A stretch of 64,000 nt of DNA from Malacoraja senta (Eukaryota). The stretch is from assembly GCA_038087875.1 (NCBI GenBank), contig CM075989.1, positions 5,208,001 to 5,272,000 of the forward strand, in the 5' to 3' direction. Made by a program: the position numbers and the translations under genes. The number at the start of each line of letters is the position of its first letter. The first letter of the stretch is position 1. The notes below the pieces were generated by a model. It worked only from the letters and a program-made list of their open reading frames with translations. It was not told the DNA's origin and ran no database searches. Below are positions 35,586 to 48,848 of this stretch, piece by piece.

Positions 35586-37095
35586 AGGTGCCTAAGCAGT
35601 TACATTGGGCCTGGGTGAAAGCTTCCCCGCTTCACTTGCCTCTTTGTCACAAGAGCACAGAAGTTGAAGCCGAACGTGTATGTATGAAAATCCTGATGTG
35701 ACAACTTTAACACAAAGATAAACTTTTAGCATGCAAACAAAGACCGCTACGAACCTGATGGTTGATGAAATTCAACTTTGGGCACCAATTGTATGACCAA
35801 CTATTTTTGCTGCGTAGGTTTTTCTGCTTGTAAGAACTTGGCTTCCACCCTATGCTGGCACAGTCAAAATCAAGTTCAGAAGGAGTGGGGGTATTAACTG
35901 ATAAGAGTTGTGCAGCCAAACACAAGATGTGGAAACAGTTAGATTAGAAAATAAATTCACAGCTCAAGAAGTAATTTAGAGTTTCAAAGACAAGCCAAAA
36001 CCCAACAATTAAATTTGCTTTAATCTTAACATGAAATAAAACCATCAACTACAATGAAGGCAATTTCAAAAGCTAGTCTAAGCATCACAAAGCGCAAAAT
36101 CATTGTTTGCAGTTTTAGTCTGAAAGGTGTTCTTTGCAGAAATGTTTCTCTGTTTTTTTTGTGTAATTTATAGGATGATTGAAAATCTGAATTCTTTCTC
36201 ATTTTGATCCTAATCATAAGTGCAGTGCATCAATCCTTTAGAGGTTCACTTTGTATCTGTTCCATCAAATACATCTCGATAGCTCGGCTTTGTAAATATA
36301 ATGTTCAAACATACTTAAAAAGCAATTTTAATGAAAGAGAAGCGGTCTGGTTCCCACATAACTATCTTGGCAAGTGTTTATCACATCTCCCACAGAATGA
36401 GCCCTCTCCACCCCACCCTCTCCTGCCACTGGAACACAGATCAAAGGAAGGAGACCTGGTGTCTTGGGTCTGAGCCTCGGTGTCTGAGATGGGACTTGCA
36501 CCTCCCTTGAAATCTTGATCTGGTGAATCGGGTCACGTATCTGGGCCCCGCAAAAGGGAAAATGCTGCAGATGCTGGATATCTGAAATGAAAACAGAAAA
36601 TCCCGAGGATATTCAGCAGTTCAGGCAGCATCTGTGAAGAAAGCAAGAATGGACATTTTGGGTTGACGTGTGCATTGAAATACACAGAGGGTTTTGGGTG
36701 CCTGGGACACGATGCCAGGGTTGGTGGTTGAGGTAGATACAATAGTGGTGTTTAAGATGGGGACATGGATATGCAGGGAATGGATGGACATAGATCAGAT
36801 TAGTTGGTCTTGGCATCCTGTTGTGGGCAGACATTGTGGGCCGAAGGGCCTGTTCCTGTGGAGTACCTTTCCATGTAGAAACAAGGAACTGCAGATGCTG
36901 GTGTACAACAAAAGACACAAAGTGCTGGAATATTTCAATGGGTCAGGCAGCATCCCTGGAGAACAGGGATAGGTGACGTTTCGGGTCAGGACACTTCTAA
37001 AGGCATTGAAGTGTGGGGAGGAAAGCTGGAAGAGTGAAAGCTGTACTTTTCTATATTTAAATTCTTGCCACATGGAGTTCAGAATAAATCCTCCT

Positions 37096-37398
37096 GGGCA
37101 CGGTGGCACTGCGGTGGGGTTGCTGCCTTATAGTGCCAGAGACCTGATTATGGGTGCTGTCTGTACGTAGTTTGCACGTTCTCCCTGTGACCGCATGCGT
37201 TTTCTCTGGGACTTCCGGTTTCCTCCCACATTCTAGAGATCTACAGGTTTGTAGGTTAATTGGGCTGAGTAAAATTGTAAATTGTCCCTAGTGTGTAGGG
37301 TAGTGTTAGTGTGCGTGGATCACTGGTTGGTGAGGAGTCAGTGGGCTGAAGGGCCTGTATCTGCAAGCGCGCCGTATCTCTAAACTAAACTAAACTAA
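37096..37398 (+). mobile_element. HE1-type V-SINE
   Basis: Head, core, tail. Confidence 0.85.
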
Positions 37399-38141
37399 TC
37401 TGAAAGCACGTCTGTGCATGTGACCCTGTCCTGATAATTTGTTGCAAGATTTGTGTTTGCTTTTACTAATTTATCTCGAGTATACCAAGAATTAGCTCAT
37501 GTTGTGAGTTATTTGCAACCCAAAATGTACACAGCAGTCTATTCAAAGCAACATTGTGGCACACAGCGGGGAAGGCTGCATTCGATGTCAAGAGTGCATC
37601 TGGTCGCAAGTTATAATGCGGTATGAGTGGGGCCAGATGCCAAGAGTGGAGCTGAAGTTATCAGATCATCATTTGATTGCCGAATCAGTGTTATTGAAAA
37701 TAATTCTGTAAAACCAATCAGCGTTTTAATCAGAGCCCTCTTTCATTTTGCATGTTTCGTCGAAGAGAATGCCTGACTGGTTCTAGTGGTGAGATCTGTC
37801 TCTCGCTAAATTGCAGTACAAAAACTTATCTTGCACTAATCGTTATTCCCTTATCTCCGTGAATGGCTCGATTGTAATCATGTATTGCCTTTCCGCTGCC
37901 TGGTTAGCATGCAACAAAAGCTTTGCACTGTACCTTGGTACACGTGACAATAAACTAAACTAAACTACAAAAAAATATCCTGGGACTGCTAGTGTGACTG
38001 GTGCTTAGTTTGGAACATCTATCAATAATCACCAACACATGCTAGATAATTTGAGCCGAAATATCTGAAACAAACGGGGGGGGGGGGGGGGGGTGGGGGA
38101 ATTGTTGAGAACACCCAATTGTATGTCCACAACTGTTCCGA

Positions 38142-38438
38142 GGGCGGCACGGTGGCGCATCGGTAGAGTTGCTGCCTTACAGCACCAGAGACCCGGGTTC
38201 AATCCTGGATAGGGGTACTGTCTGTACGGAGTTTGTACGTTCTCCCTGTGACCGCGTGGTTTTCCCTGGGTGCTCTGGTTTCCTCCCACATTCCAAAGAC
38301 ATACAATTTTGTAGTTTAATTGGCTTCGGTAAAAATTGTAAATTGTCCCTAGTGTGTGTAGGATAGAGTTAGTGCACGTGGATCGCTGATCAGCACGGAC
38401 TCGGTGGGCCGAAGGGCCTGTTTCAACTAAACTAAACT
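38142..38438 (+). mobile_element. HE1-type V-SINE
   Basis: Head, core, tail. Confidence 0.88.
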
Positions 38439-38519
38439 GGAATAATAATAATAATTCCAGTTTTCCTGCCATGGATTTGAACCTCAAATCAGTTCTAATA
38501 TATTAAACTGTACAGTTAA

Positions 38520-38725
38520 AATGTAAGAAAGGAACTGCAGATGCTGGTTTAAACCGAATAGACACAAACTGCTGGAGGAACTCAGCGGGACAGGCAGCAT
38601 CTCTGGAGAGAAGGAATGGATGACATTTCATGCCAAGGGTCTCGACCCGAAACGTCACCCATTCCTTCTCTCCAGAATTGCTACCTGTCCCGCTGAGTTA
38701 CTCCAGCATTTTGTGTCTATCTTCA
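38520..38725. repeat. Palindromic Penelope-derived mini-element
   Basis: Inverted arms. Confidence 0.72.
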
Positions 38726-38897
38726 GTTAAAATGTAACGCAGAGAGAGAGCAAATTCAGGAGCCTTATCAGTCTTATTATAGATAGATTATTATATATTG
38801 TGCACATCGACAATAATTCAAGGAAAACTATCTGGTGACAGACAAACTGTGTAACTTTCCACACAACTGAATAATAATTATCACATAAACATTATTC

Positions 38898-39030
38898 AGT
38901 CTGAAGAAGGGTTTCGGCCCGAAACGTTGCCTATTTCCTTCGCTCCATAGATGCTGCTGCTCCCGCTGAGTTTCTCCAGCACTTTTGTCTATCTTCGATT
39001 TTCCAGCATCTGCAGTTCCTTCTTAAACAC
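38898..39030 (+). repeat. Solo Penelope terminal repeat with hammerhead core
   Basis: CTGAAGA (38901-38907), A, GGGT-TTCG-GCCC, GAAAC (38921-38925), GTT. Confidence 0.75.
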
Positions 39031-39149
39031 ATAAATATTATCACATCACTTAATACTAATAATAAGGAGGCTGCTAACTTCCTAGTTCACATCCTTTATT
39101 AAAAATAAAGTATTAAGCTGCAAATCTAGTGCAGTATCTGGATTGAGCC

Positions 39150-39550
39150 AAGGTTAGGTTTAGGTTTATTATTGTCATGTGTAGGTAGGTACAGTGAAGG
39201 GCTTTGTTTTGCACGCTATCCAAACTGATCAGATGATACTACACATAAATACAATCGTCAAACTCAAGTATTATAGTTAAATGGGGAAGATACAGAGTGC
39301 AGAATACAGCTCTCAGCATTGTAGCGCAACAGTTCCACAGACAAAGTCCAATGTCCGCATTGGGGTAGAGGTGAATCGGACAGAACCCTAGTTTACGCAA
39401 GGACTGTTCAGAAGCCTGATAACAGAGGGGAAGAAGCTGTTCCAGAGTGTGTTGGTGCGCACTTTCAAGCTTCTGTACCTTCTGCCGGACGGGAGCGGGG
39501 AGAAGGAATAGCAGAGGTGGGACAAGTTTTTGATTATGACGAGGCAGTGA
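39150..39550 (-). mobile_element. Rex1/Babar-like LINE tail
   Basis: LPSGRRYRSLKVRT...NSFFPSVIRLLN. Confidence 0.75.
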
Positions 39551-39551
39551 G

Positions 39552-40200
39552 TATTGTATTGTATTGTATTGTATATCTTTATTGTCATTTCCTGAGTATT
39601 CGCATACCCAGAAGAAACAAAAAAACGTTCCTCAACCAGTGTCCATTTCAGTGTGTGCAGTAAAAAATAAATAGAAGTAAAAATACATATATCATGAACA
39701 AATTAACACTCTACTCTCTACTAAACATCAACAGGCGTTCCGATCGGCAGCGGCACGACAGTGGCTCTGCTGCAGTGTGTCCAGGTTGGTGGTTGGTGCA
39801 CGATACTTTGGCAGGGGACAAAGTCCGTTTATCAGTCTTATAACCTGCGGGAAGAAGCTGAGGAGCATCCTGCTGGTTTTGCACCTAATGCTCCGGTACC
39901 TCTTCCCAGATGGCAGGATGGAGAATATGTGATGCGATGGGTGGTAGGGGTCTTTGATGATGGAGATGGCTCTGCTGATACATCTCTTCCTGTATATGTC
40001 CAGCAGGAAAGGGAGTGGAGCACCAATAATCCTGCTGGCGGTCTTCACAATCCTGTCTAGTTGGTGCCGTTCGTACGCCTTGCAGCTCCCGAACCAGGAA
40101 GTGATGCCGTAGGTTAATGTGCTCTCGATTGTCCCCCTATAAAAAGTTCGTAGGTGTGTAGTGGGGAGACCTGCTTTACGTAGCCTTCGGAGAGGGAGTA
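39552..40200 (-). mobile_element. Rex1/Babar-like LINE 3' end
   Basis: LRRLRKAG...FYRGTIESTLTYGITSWFG...IIKDPYHP...LPSGKRYRS; (ATACA)n tail. Confidence 0.88.
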
Positions 40201-42220
40201 TTAACATGCACTATTCAACGATGAACAACATAACAAACATGTCCTTGCCTAACTTTCTTTTTCAGTACTGAGTTAGTGCTCAGTTACCAGTGGGTGCTGG
40301 AAGCTAAAACCATGCATCTCAAAGAGTATGACTCACTATCTGAATATCCACCCATATGTCCCGACACAAAAGAGGTCACATTTAAAAAGGAAAAGTTTAG
40401 AAGATGGCACCCATTAACACGTCATTGGAACATATGGTTTTTTTAAATGACATACACCAAACCTGATGAGCAGGTTTATAATAATATCATGTACTTAAAT
40501 AAAAAGAAATGGAATGTTTTTTAATGAGTAATATGATATCTTCAGCCCAGGTTGCTCTTAGATTGCTAAATATAACACATGCCATTTACCATATATGTAT
40601 AATATGGAGAAAATTGAAAGGGTAAAAATATGTGCTTGTGATTATGGGGAGTAGATTGATGCAGTGTGCTTCCTGCTGTATGTTTGGTTGGATTGCTATG
40701 CAAAGCATTTGCTTAACACTATGAGTTGAAGTGTAGGAAGGAACTGCAGATGCAGGTTCAAACCTGAAGATAGACACAAAATGCTGGAGTAACTCAGCGG
40801 GATAGGCAGCATCTCTGGAGAGAAGGAATGGGTGACGTTTTGGGTCGAGACCCTTCTTCAGGGGCTGAAGAGTCTACAGGGTGTCTTCAGCTTCTGCCAG
40901 ACCTTCATTCTCTTTATTTGTTCCCCTTCCCTCCTTTTTGTATGGTCAACTCTTTACTGCTCCCAAGTTTCAGCGATACCAACTGGCCCCAGATAACTTT
41001 GCCCCATGTTATGTCGTTCAAGGAACTGCAGATGCTGGTTTACAAATTAAGACACAAAGTGCTGGAGTAACTTAGCGTCTCCGGAGAACATGGATAGGTG
41101 ACATTTTGGGTCGGGACCCTTCTTTTGACTGATTGTAGTAGGGAGAGGAGAAACTGGAAGAGAGGTGGGGTGGGACAAACTATGGCAAGTGATAGGTGGG
41201 TACAAGTGATCTTGGTGATAGGGAGGGGGGTGGTTATGGGAAAATGTTTGGCCCAGAGATGCAATGGTTAGACCAAAACCAGGGATGAAAAGACAAAATG
41301 TGTGTGATAATGAGAAGATGCATGAAATGGGAGACCAGAGAAGGGAATGTAAGTGCAAGAGGATGGGGGCAGGGAAGAAGGAGAAAGGGGTGAACATCCA
41401 GGTGAGGCACAGGGAAGGGTGGGGAGGTGGGGAGCAGAGAGAAAAGGGGGGGGGGGGTAGATGGGGAAAGGTGAGGGGTGTATGTAGGTTAGTTACCTAA
41501 AATTGGAAAATTCAGTGTGAAGTGTGTTGAGTTGGGCAAAGTTTGTAGCCAACATCCAGGCACGCTGTTCACCTTCAGGTACTTCCTGGATGAATGGCAT
41601 GGAGAGCGGGAAAGGTGATGTTGCATAAACTGCCTTGATCGACTTTAAGCGCCCATTATGGGCGACTATTTGCATACCTTGGCAAGGCATGCAAGCAAAG
41701 AATTGCACTGTGACTTGTCGCTTGGGACAATAAAGTATTCTCTTCTGTTCTATTCTCCAAGCTCAATGTGGAACAGCAATGAATTAAACCAATGAAACGT
41801 TGAACTATGTATCCAAACATGATAACTGGAGACAAGGTCATGACGGGGTTAATAATGAGTTGCTCCAACTCTCTTCTTAAGCCATCCCTCAGGATTGAGA
41901 TGACTTGGTTCCATTCCAATCCTGTGGGTTCTGAGGTGACGGCGAGGCTACTAGAGGACTGTGGCCCTGTCACGTTGGCAGGGGGTGTTTGACGGGGTAG
42001 GTGACAGTAGTTTGGGAGGGTGGACATCATCTGCCATCTACACTGGGCTTTTCATAAGATCATAAGATCATGTGATAGGAGCAGAATTAGACCATTTGGC
42101 CCATCAAGTATATTCCACTATTCAATCATTTGTGATCTATCTCTCTCTTCTAACTCCATTCTCCAGCCTTCTAACCCCATAATCTCTGCCACCCATGCTA
42201 ATCAAGAATTTATCCTTAGA

Positions 42221-43837
42221 CTAGATTAAGTGGCCCCATGTTCACACCGGAGGGCTGGTCCCCCAACGCAATATTTCACCTCTCCACCAATTCCAATATT
42301 GGTGGCCAGTGGGGGGGGAGGGGGCTTTCTGGAGCGCTAGTATGGGTGTTGTGGGCCGAAGGGACTGGTTTCCAGAGGGCTAGTATGGACATTGTGGGCC
42401 GAATGGATTCTTGGGCTGGCAGCTCAGTCACTCAGGCCTGGTTGGCTGGTAGCTCAGTCACTCAGGCCTGGTGGGCTGACAGCTCAGTCCCTCAGGCCTG
42501 GTGGGCTGGCAGCTCAGTCACTCAGGCCTGGTTGGCTGGTAGCTCAGTCACTCAGGCCTGGTGGGCTGACAGCTCAGTCCCTCAGGCCTGGTGGGCTGGC
42601 AGCTCAGTCACTCAGGCCTGGTGGGCTGGCAGCTCAGTCACTCAGGGCTGGCAGCTCAGAAACTGCCAGAAATTCTGCCCAAAACAGGTAAGAGACTCTG
42701 TCAGAGAGAAGGGGGGAGAGAATGAGAATCAATTTTAGACATTTTTCATATTTTTCTGTAGATCACAGCAATGAAGGAGGAAAGTCTATCCTGGCCTGGA
42801 TCTCACAGGGAGCCAATGAAGGGAGGGAGAAAAATACTGGGGTGAGGTTTAATACTTGCAGGGGGAATACTTACTGATGGGCCGAAGGGACTCCTCCTGG
42901 CTAAGTACAGGCCTGATGGGCCGAAGGAGCTCTTTAAAAAAATACTGAGTGAAATCTCAGTGAAAGGCACTTTTTCTGGACTTTTCCTGGCCTGGCATGG
43001 GCCTTTTGGGCTAAAATGCTCCTCATGGGCAAATATGGGCATTTTGGGCAAAAGTGACTGGTTTCTTGGCTAATGGGGGCCTTGTGGGCCGAAATTAGTG
43101 GTTTCAGGCTGGCCAAACAACTAATTTAATTTCATTTCCATTTCAATTTCAAGCACAGGGCAGGCCAAACAACTCATTTCATTTAATTTCCATTTCCATT
43201 TCCATTTCAATTTCAAGCACGGGGCAGGCCAAACAACTCATTTCATTTCATTTCATTTCCATTTCCATTTCCATTGCAGTTTCAAGCACAGGGCAGGCCA
43301 AACAGCTCATTGCATTTTCATTTCATTTCCATTTCCATTGCAGTTTCAAGCACAGGGCAGGCCAATCAGAATGCATTTTCATTTCATTTCATTTCCAATG
43401 CAGTTTCAAGCATAGGGCAGGCCAAACAACTCATTGCATTTTCATTTCAATTCCATTTCCATTGCAGTTTCAAGCACAGGGCAGGCCAAACAACACATTG
43501 CATTTTCATTAAGGGCTAATAAATCATTTATTGCAAGTACATTGCAGACTCACAGTTCAGTTGATTCACAGCTTAGAATCACAGTTGTGACCTCTCCCTC
43601 GCGATCTTCCATGGTGATTGACAGGCGAGAGGACCAATCAGCTGATCTCAAGATTTTTTTAACACTCATAACTTTTTTATTTTTCATCGATCGGAAAAAT
43701 CCTCAGGGCTGCATCAGCGGATGAGGACTGTGAGTAAGATGGCCAAAAATCGTAGCAATATAGGGTAGTGTTTTTTTGTAAAATCAATATACAGCGCAGA
43801 CAGGAAGTGGTCAAGATGAGACTTTTAGTTATATAGA
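42221..43837 (-). mobile_element. Non-autonomous Helitron with internal minisatellites
   Basis: Minus strand starts TCTATATAAC and ends CTAG, inserted at A|T with no TSD; 30-bp repeats at 42412-42660 and about 53-bp repeats at 43110-43510. Confidence 0.78.
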
Positions 43838-43841
43838 TATG

Positions 43842-44129
43842 ACTGAATGCCTCGCCAGCGGGCACGACCTCCCATGGCCAACCTGGAAGACCCTCAACAG
43901 ATTACGAGTGGAGCAGGGGAGGTGTAAAGCACTTATGAAAGCATGGAACTACCAGGCAGAAGACACATGCAGCTGTGGAGCAGTACAGACAATGTCCCAC
44001 CTACTGGAGTGTGACGACGACCCCCAGTGCAGCCCCCAGGACCTGGCTGAACCGACTCGACCAGCTGTGACCTGCGCCAGATACTGGCAGAACGACATCT
44101 GAGATTACAACGGACTCGAAGAAGAAGAA
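43842..44129 (+). mobile_element. Vingi/ingi-like LINE 3' end
   Basis: WKTLNRLR...GRC...W...CSCGAVQTMSHLLEC, very short 3' UTR, (GAA)n tail, 8-bp TSD TAGATATG. Confidence 0.7.
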
Positions 44130-44464
44130 TAGATATGGCCACTGACTTGGCCTCCACAGCCTTCTGTAGCAAAGAACCACCACAGATTCACCACACTCTG
44201 ACCAAAGAAATTACTCCTCGTCTCCTTCCTAAAAGAACATCCTTTAATTCTGAGGCTGTGGCCACTTGTCCTGGACTTTCCCACTAGTGGAAACATCCTC
44301 TCCACACCCACTCTATCCAAGCCTTTTGTGTTATCATGATCAAGTGACTGGTTCCCAATGTCAGTTTGAAGGTTCCTTCTTTATTTTGATGGTGATGGGC
44401 AAGCAATTTTGATGAATTGCTGGGCATGAATGCTTTATCAAGGAGGTTTTGGGAACATAATTTC

Positions 44465-45105
44465 ATAGAAACATAAAAAATGCATGCAGGAGTAGGCCAT
44501 TCGGCCCTTCGAGCCAGCACCGTCATTCAATATCATCTGTTGATCATCAATATATCAGCTGTTGATCATCCAAAATCAGTATCCCTTTCCTGGTTTCTCC
44601 CCATATCCCTTGATTCCTTTAGCCCTAAGAGCTAAATCTAACTCTCTCTTGAAAGCATCCAGTGAATTGGCCTCCACTGCCTTCTGTGGCAGAGAATTCC
44701 ACAGAAACCCAACTCTCTGGGTGAAAATGTTTTCCTCATCTCAGTCCTCAATAGTCAATAGACAATAGGTGCAGGAGTAGGCCATTCGGCCATTCGACCC
44801 TTCTAGCCAGCACCACCATTCAATGTGATCATGGCTGATCATTCGCAATCAGTACCCCGTTCCTGCCTTCTCCACATATCCCCAGACTCTGCTATCTTTA
44901 AGAGCCCTATCTAGCTCTCTCTTGAAAGCATCCAGAGAACCGGCCTCCACCGCCCTCTGAGGCAGAGAATTCCACAGACTCACAACTCTCTGTGTGAAAA
45001 AGTGTTTCCTCATCTCCGTTCTAAATGGCTTACCCCTTATTCTTAAACAGTGGCCCCTGGTTCTGGACTCCCCCAACATCGGGAACATGTGTCCTGCCTC
45101 TAGCG
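44465..45105 (-). mobile_element. Two adjacent CR1/HER1 3' fragments
   Basis: RTRGH...FFTQRVVSLWNSLP and tails. Confidence 0.85.
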
Positions 45106-45495
45106 TTCTATTTGGCAATCTCTTGTCATGATGCAGCTTGGAATCATGTGTTTGTTTGGGGAGTCTGGTGTTGAGGGATGTGCGCAACATAACCGGCGCA
45201 ACGTTCCTGAGTGATAGGACCGTCACAGTGGAGATGTTGGCCTGGGAGAGGACACTGATACTGGTCTGTGGCTTCTTCGAGAGGATTTGAAAAATTTGCA
45301 GAAGTTTTGATGATGGTCATTCTCGCGGGCATTTGAGCGGCAAGCCATCATTCGGATGGCAACGGATAGCGTAGGCGGATGGGAGTCACTGCTGGCCAGT
45401 AGACCATGAGCTTCGTGGAGGCTTTGAGATTCTGAAATCCAAATGTTCTTTTACTCAGATGGCAAAATGCTCTCACTGTGTTGATAGCCGTTTGC
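45106..45495 (-). mobile_element. Old RTE-clade LINE fragment
   Basis: AFCHLSKRTF...LKASTKLMVY..AV resembles the RTE post-RT region; heavily degenerate. Confidence 0.5.
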
Positions 45496-46099
45496 CTTTG
45501 TGGAGAAGGGTCTCGACCCGAAACATCACCCATTCCTTCATCCATAGATGCTGCCTGTCCCGCTGAGTTACTCCAGCTTTTTGTGTCCAGCTTCTTGCCT
45601 TTGTTGAGAGGTGGCTTTCAAGAAATCGGAAGCATTTATGTCTTTAGTTTATAGATTCACAGTGTGGGAACCGACCTTTTGGCCCAACGAGTCCATGCCC
45701 ACCATCGATCACCCACTCACACTAGTTCTATGTAATCCTACTTTAACATCCACTCCTTGCACAATGGGGACAATTTGCAGAGGCCCATTAACCTACAAAC
45801 GTCCTTGGGATGTGGGAGGAGACCGGAGCAAAGGAAACCGGTGTGGTCACAGGGAGAACATGCAAACTCCACGCAGACAGCACCGAGGGCTGGATCAAAC
45901 CTGGGTCTCTGGCGCTGGGAGGCAGCAGCTCTACCAGCTGCTCCATTGTGTTGCCTCTTGTTGGAGATGTTTCTTACTGGAAAGCAGGTTGAAGGAGGAT
46001 CTTGATTTTGCAGAGCTTCAGGTCACCACTGGAGCACTTAACCACATATGGGCCACATATACGTTGTGGTAGTGGACCACATATGCTCCTGATGTTTTG

Positions 46100-46440
46100 G
46101 GGAGTATGTTCCCGATGTTGGGGGAGTCCAGAACCAGGGTCCACTGTTTAACAATAAGGGCTAGGCCATTTAGGACTGAGATGAGGAAAAACTTTTTCAC
46201 CCAGAGAGTTGTGAATCTGTGGAATTCTCTGCCACAGAAGGCAGTGGAGGCCAATTCACTGGATGTTTTCAAGAGAGAGTTAGATTTAGCTCTTGGGGCT
46301 AATGAAATCAAGGGATATGGGGAAAATAGCAGGAACGGGGTATTGATTTTGGATGATCAGCCATGATCATATTGAATGGTGGTGCTGACTCGAAGGGCCG
46401 AATGGCCTACTCCTGCACCTGTTTTCTATGTTTCTATGAT
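46100..46440 (+). mobile_element. CR1/HER1 3' fragment
   Basis: MFPMLGESRTR...RVVNLWNSLP; (TTTCTATG)n tail. Confidence 0.88.
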
Positions 46441-46767
46441 TCTAAGAGAATGGACCTCACACTAATGTCCACAAAGCACAGGTTCACAATTCCCATTGCT
46501 CCCATTAGTGAATGGATTAAGGACCAAGAGGCACAAATTCAGTTGAAAGTACAGGTGCTGTTTGAGGCTAATGCTCTTAAATGGAAAACAGCTGTGTTCT
46601 TGCAAGTCTAATGAAAATGGATTACATCAGATCTTCAAGAGAAAATTTTTTTGGCAGCTGAGTGAAAATAATCTGGCCGCCATCTGTGGCACAATCTCAA
46701 GAAGGTTTCGGACCCAGAACGGCACCTATTTTGTTTTCTCCAGAGATGCTGGCCTGACCCACTGAGT

Positions 46768-47238
46768 TCCAGGAATGAGTGGGTTATCCTATGATGAGCC
46801 TTTGTCGGCACTGGGCCTGTACTCGTTGGAGTTTAGAAGAATGAGGGAGTACCCAATTGAAGCATACAGAATAGTGCAAGGCTTGGATAGAGTGGGTGTG
46901 GAGAGGATGTTTCCACTAGTGGGAGAGTCTAGAACTAGAGGTCACAGCCTCAGAATTAAAGGACGTTCTTTTAAGAGGGAGAGGAGGAGAAATTTATTTC
47001 GTCAGAGGGTGGTGAATCTGTGGAAATCGTTGCCACAGAAGGCCGTGGAGGCCAAGTCAGTGGATATTTTTAAGACAGAGATAGATAGATTATTGATTAG
47101 TACGGTTGTCAGAGGTTATGGGGAGAAGGAGGAGAATGGGGTAAGGAGGTAGAGATAGACCAGCCATGATTGAATGGCGGAGTAGACTTGATGGGCCGAA
47201 TGGCCTAATTCTACTCCTATTCCTTATAACCTCATGAC
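46768..47238 (+). mobile_element. CR1 3' fragment
   Basis: LGLYSLEFRRMR...RTRGHSLRI...RVVNLW. Confidence 0.88.
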
Positions 47239-47786
47239 CTTCTGAGTTACTCCAGCATTTTGTGCATATCTTTGGTATAAACCAGCATCTGCAGTTCCTT
47301 CCTGTGCACAGTGTCTCAAGCCGGGTAGGTTGCTCATACTGTGCGTCTCCTTGAGTAGTTCGTCCATCTTTGACCAGGGTCACACGATGCAACCATTCAA
47401 ATGCCACAGGTAATGCCAGCAAGATCCAGGAGATTGAACAATTGGGTTGGATTCATGAGATCATAGATCATAAGATCATAAGATCATAAGTGATAGGAGT
47501 AGATCACCGGTTCACACTATGTTGCCTCATTTTATCATACAATCCCTACACACTAGAGGTAATTTACAGAGGCCAATTTAACCTACAAACCCACACATAC
47601 TTGGGATGTGGGAGGAAATTGGAGCACCGCAAGGAAACTCACGCGGTCTCAGGGAGAACGTGCAAACTCCACATAAAGTGCACCTGAGGTCAGGATCGAA
47701 CTCGGGTCTCTGGCGTTGCGGGGCTGTGCCACTGTTCCGCATTGAACTCAAACTTCCGGATCCAAGTCCTAAAGATACTGAAGGAA

Positions 47787-48081
47787 TTTTAGTTTTTAGC
47801 TTTAGTTTTAGAGATACAGCACAGAAACAGGCCCCTCGGCCCACCGAGTCTGCACCGACCAGCGATCCCCGCACATTAACACAACCCTACACACACTTTG
47901 TACATTTTTCATATCAATGCCAATTAACCTACAAACCTGTACGTCTTGGGAGTGTGGGGGGAAACCGAAGATCTCAGAGAAAACCCACGTAGGTCATGGG
48001 GAGAACGTACAAACTCAGTAGTCAGGATCGAACCCACGTCTCTGGCGCTGTAAGGCAGTCGCTCTACCGCTGCGCCACCGT
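47787..48081 (-). mobile_element. HE1-type V-SINE (further diverged minus-strand copies at about 45643-45955, 47503-47740, 49258-49453)
   Basis: Head, core, tail. Confidence 0.85.
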
Positions 48082-48719
48082 GGAAATGATAGTGGGAGAA
48101 GCAAACTGCTGTGAGTTTATTGAGCAACTTCTAGGAAGCAAAACCAGAAACTATAAAACCTTTTTGTAATGATGGCTGAATGGGCTTTTTCAAGTCATGA
48201 TGAGCCGTGGCCTTGTTGCCTTCCCCACTGGAACGGGGTCAGTGTGGACTCTGGTGAATAGTGTTGCTATTTAAACTTATTTTGGTGTTTAGTTTATTTT
48301 TAAACCTCCTGGAAATATTATTCTGAGATCTTACCATGGTTATAACTGGCCATGTTGAAAGCATAACACTGGAACTGTACAGCTTGTCCCGACTTTGTCC
48401 CCGAGTTGTGTGAAGATCACACATCTACTTGTGACTCTTCTTTCACATATAATTGGAAGCATCTATTTTCTTCTGACTTCAATAGTTTTAACATTTGCAT
48501 AAATCCATTCACTAGAATGACTTTCCTTTATGAAGTCTCCAGATTCGCAAAAGTTACAAGCTATTGAAAGCTTTGAAGTCAAAGTAAGTTCAAAAAGATA
48601 CCAATATGGTAAAGATCAGAATATCTGTTTTTTGAATTAATTGAAAGATACAGTGTGGAAACCGGCCTTTTGACCCACCAAATCACAACCGATCAGTGAT
48701 CACCCTTTCAGAGTCTTTA

Positions 48720-48848
48720 GAGTCTGAAGAAGGGTCTCGACCCGAAACGTCACCCATTCTCTCCAGAGATGCTGCCTGACCCGCTGAGTTACTCCAGCTT
48801 TTTGTGTCGACCTTCAATTTAAACCAGCATCTGTAGTTCTTTCCCACC
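48720..48848 (+). repeat. Solo Penelope terminal repeat with intact hammerhead core
   Basis: CTGAAGA 48724-48730, GGGT-CTCG-ACCC, GAAAC 48744-48748, GTC. Confidence 0.75.

Larger units (their letters stand above)
42053..44325 (-). mobile_element. CR1 3' fragment (42053-42216 plus 44138-44325) split by Vingi-like and Helitron insertions
   Basis: CR1 tail sequence is continuous once the inserts are removed. Confidence 0.7.

Noticed and set aside
42238..42738. 166-aa ORF with WAGSSVTQAW repeats
   Set aside because: Translation of the 30-bp minisatellite inside the Helitron.
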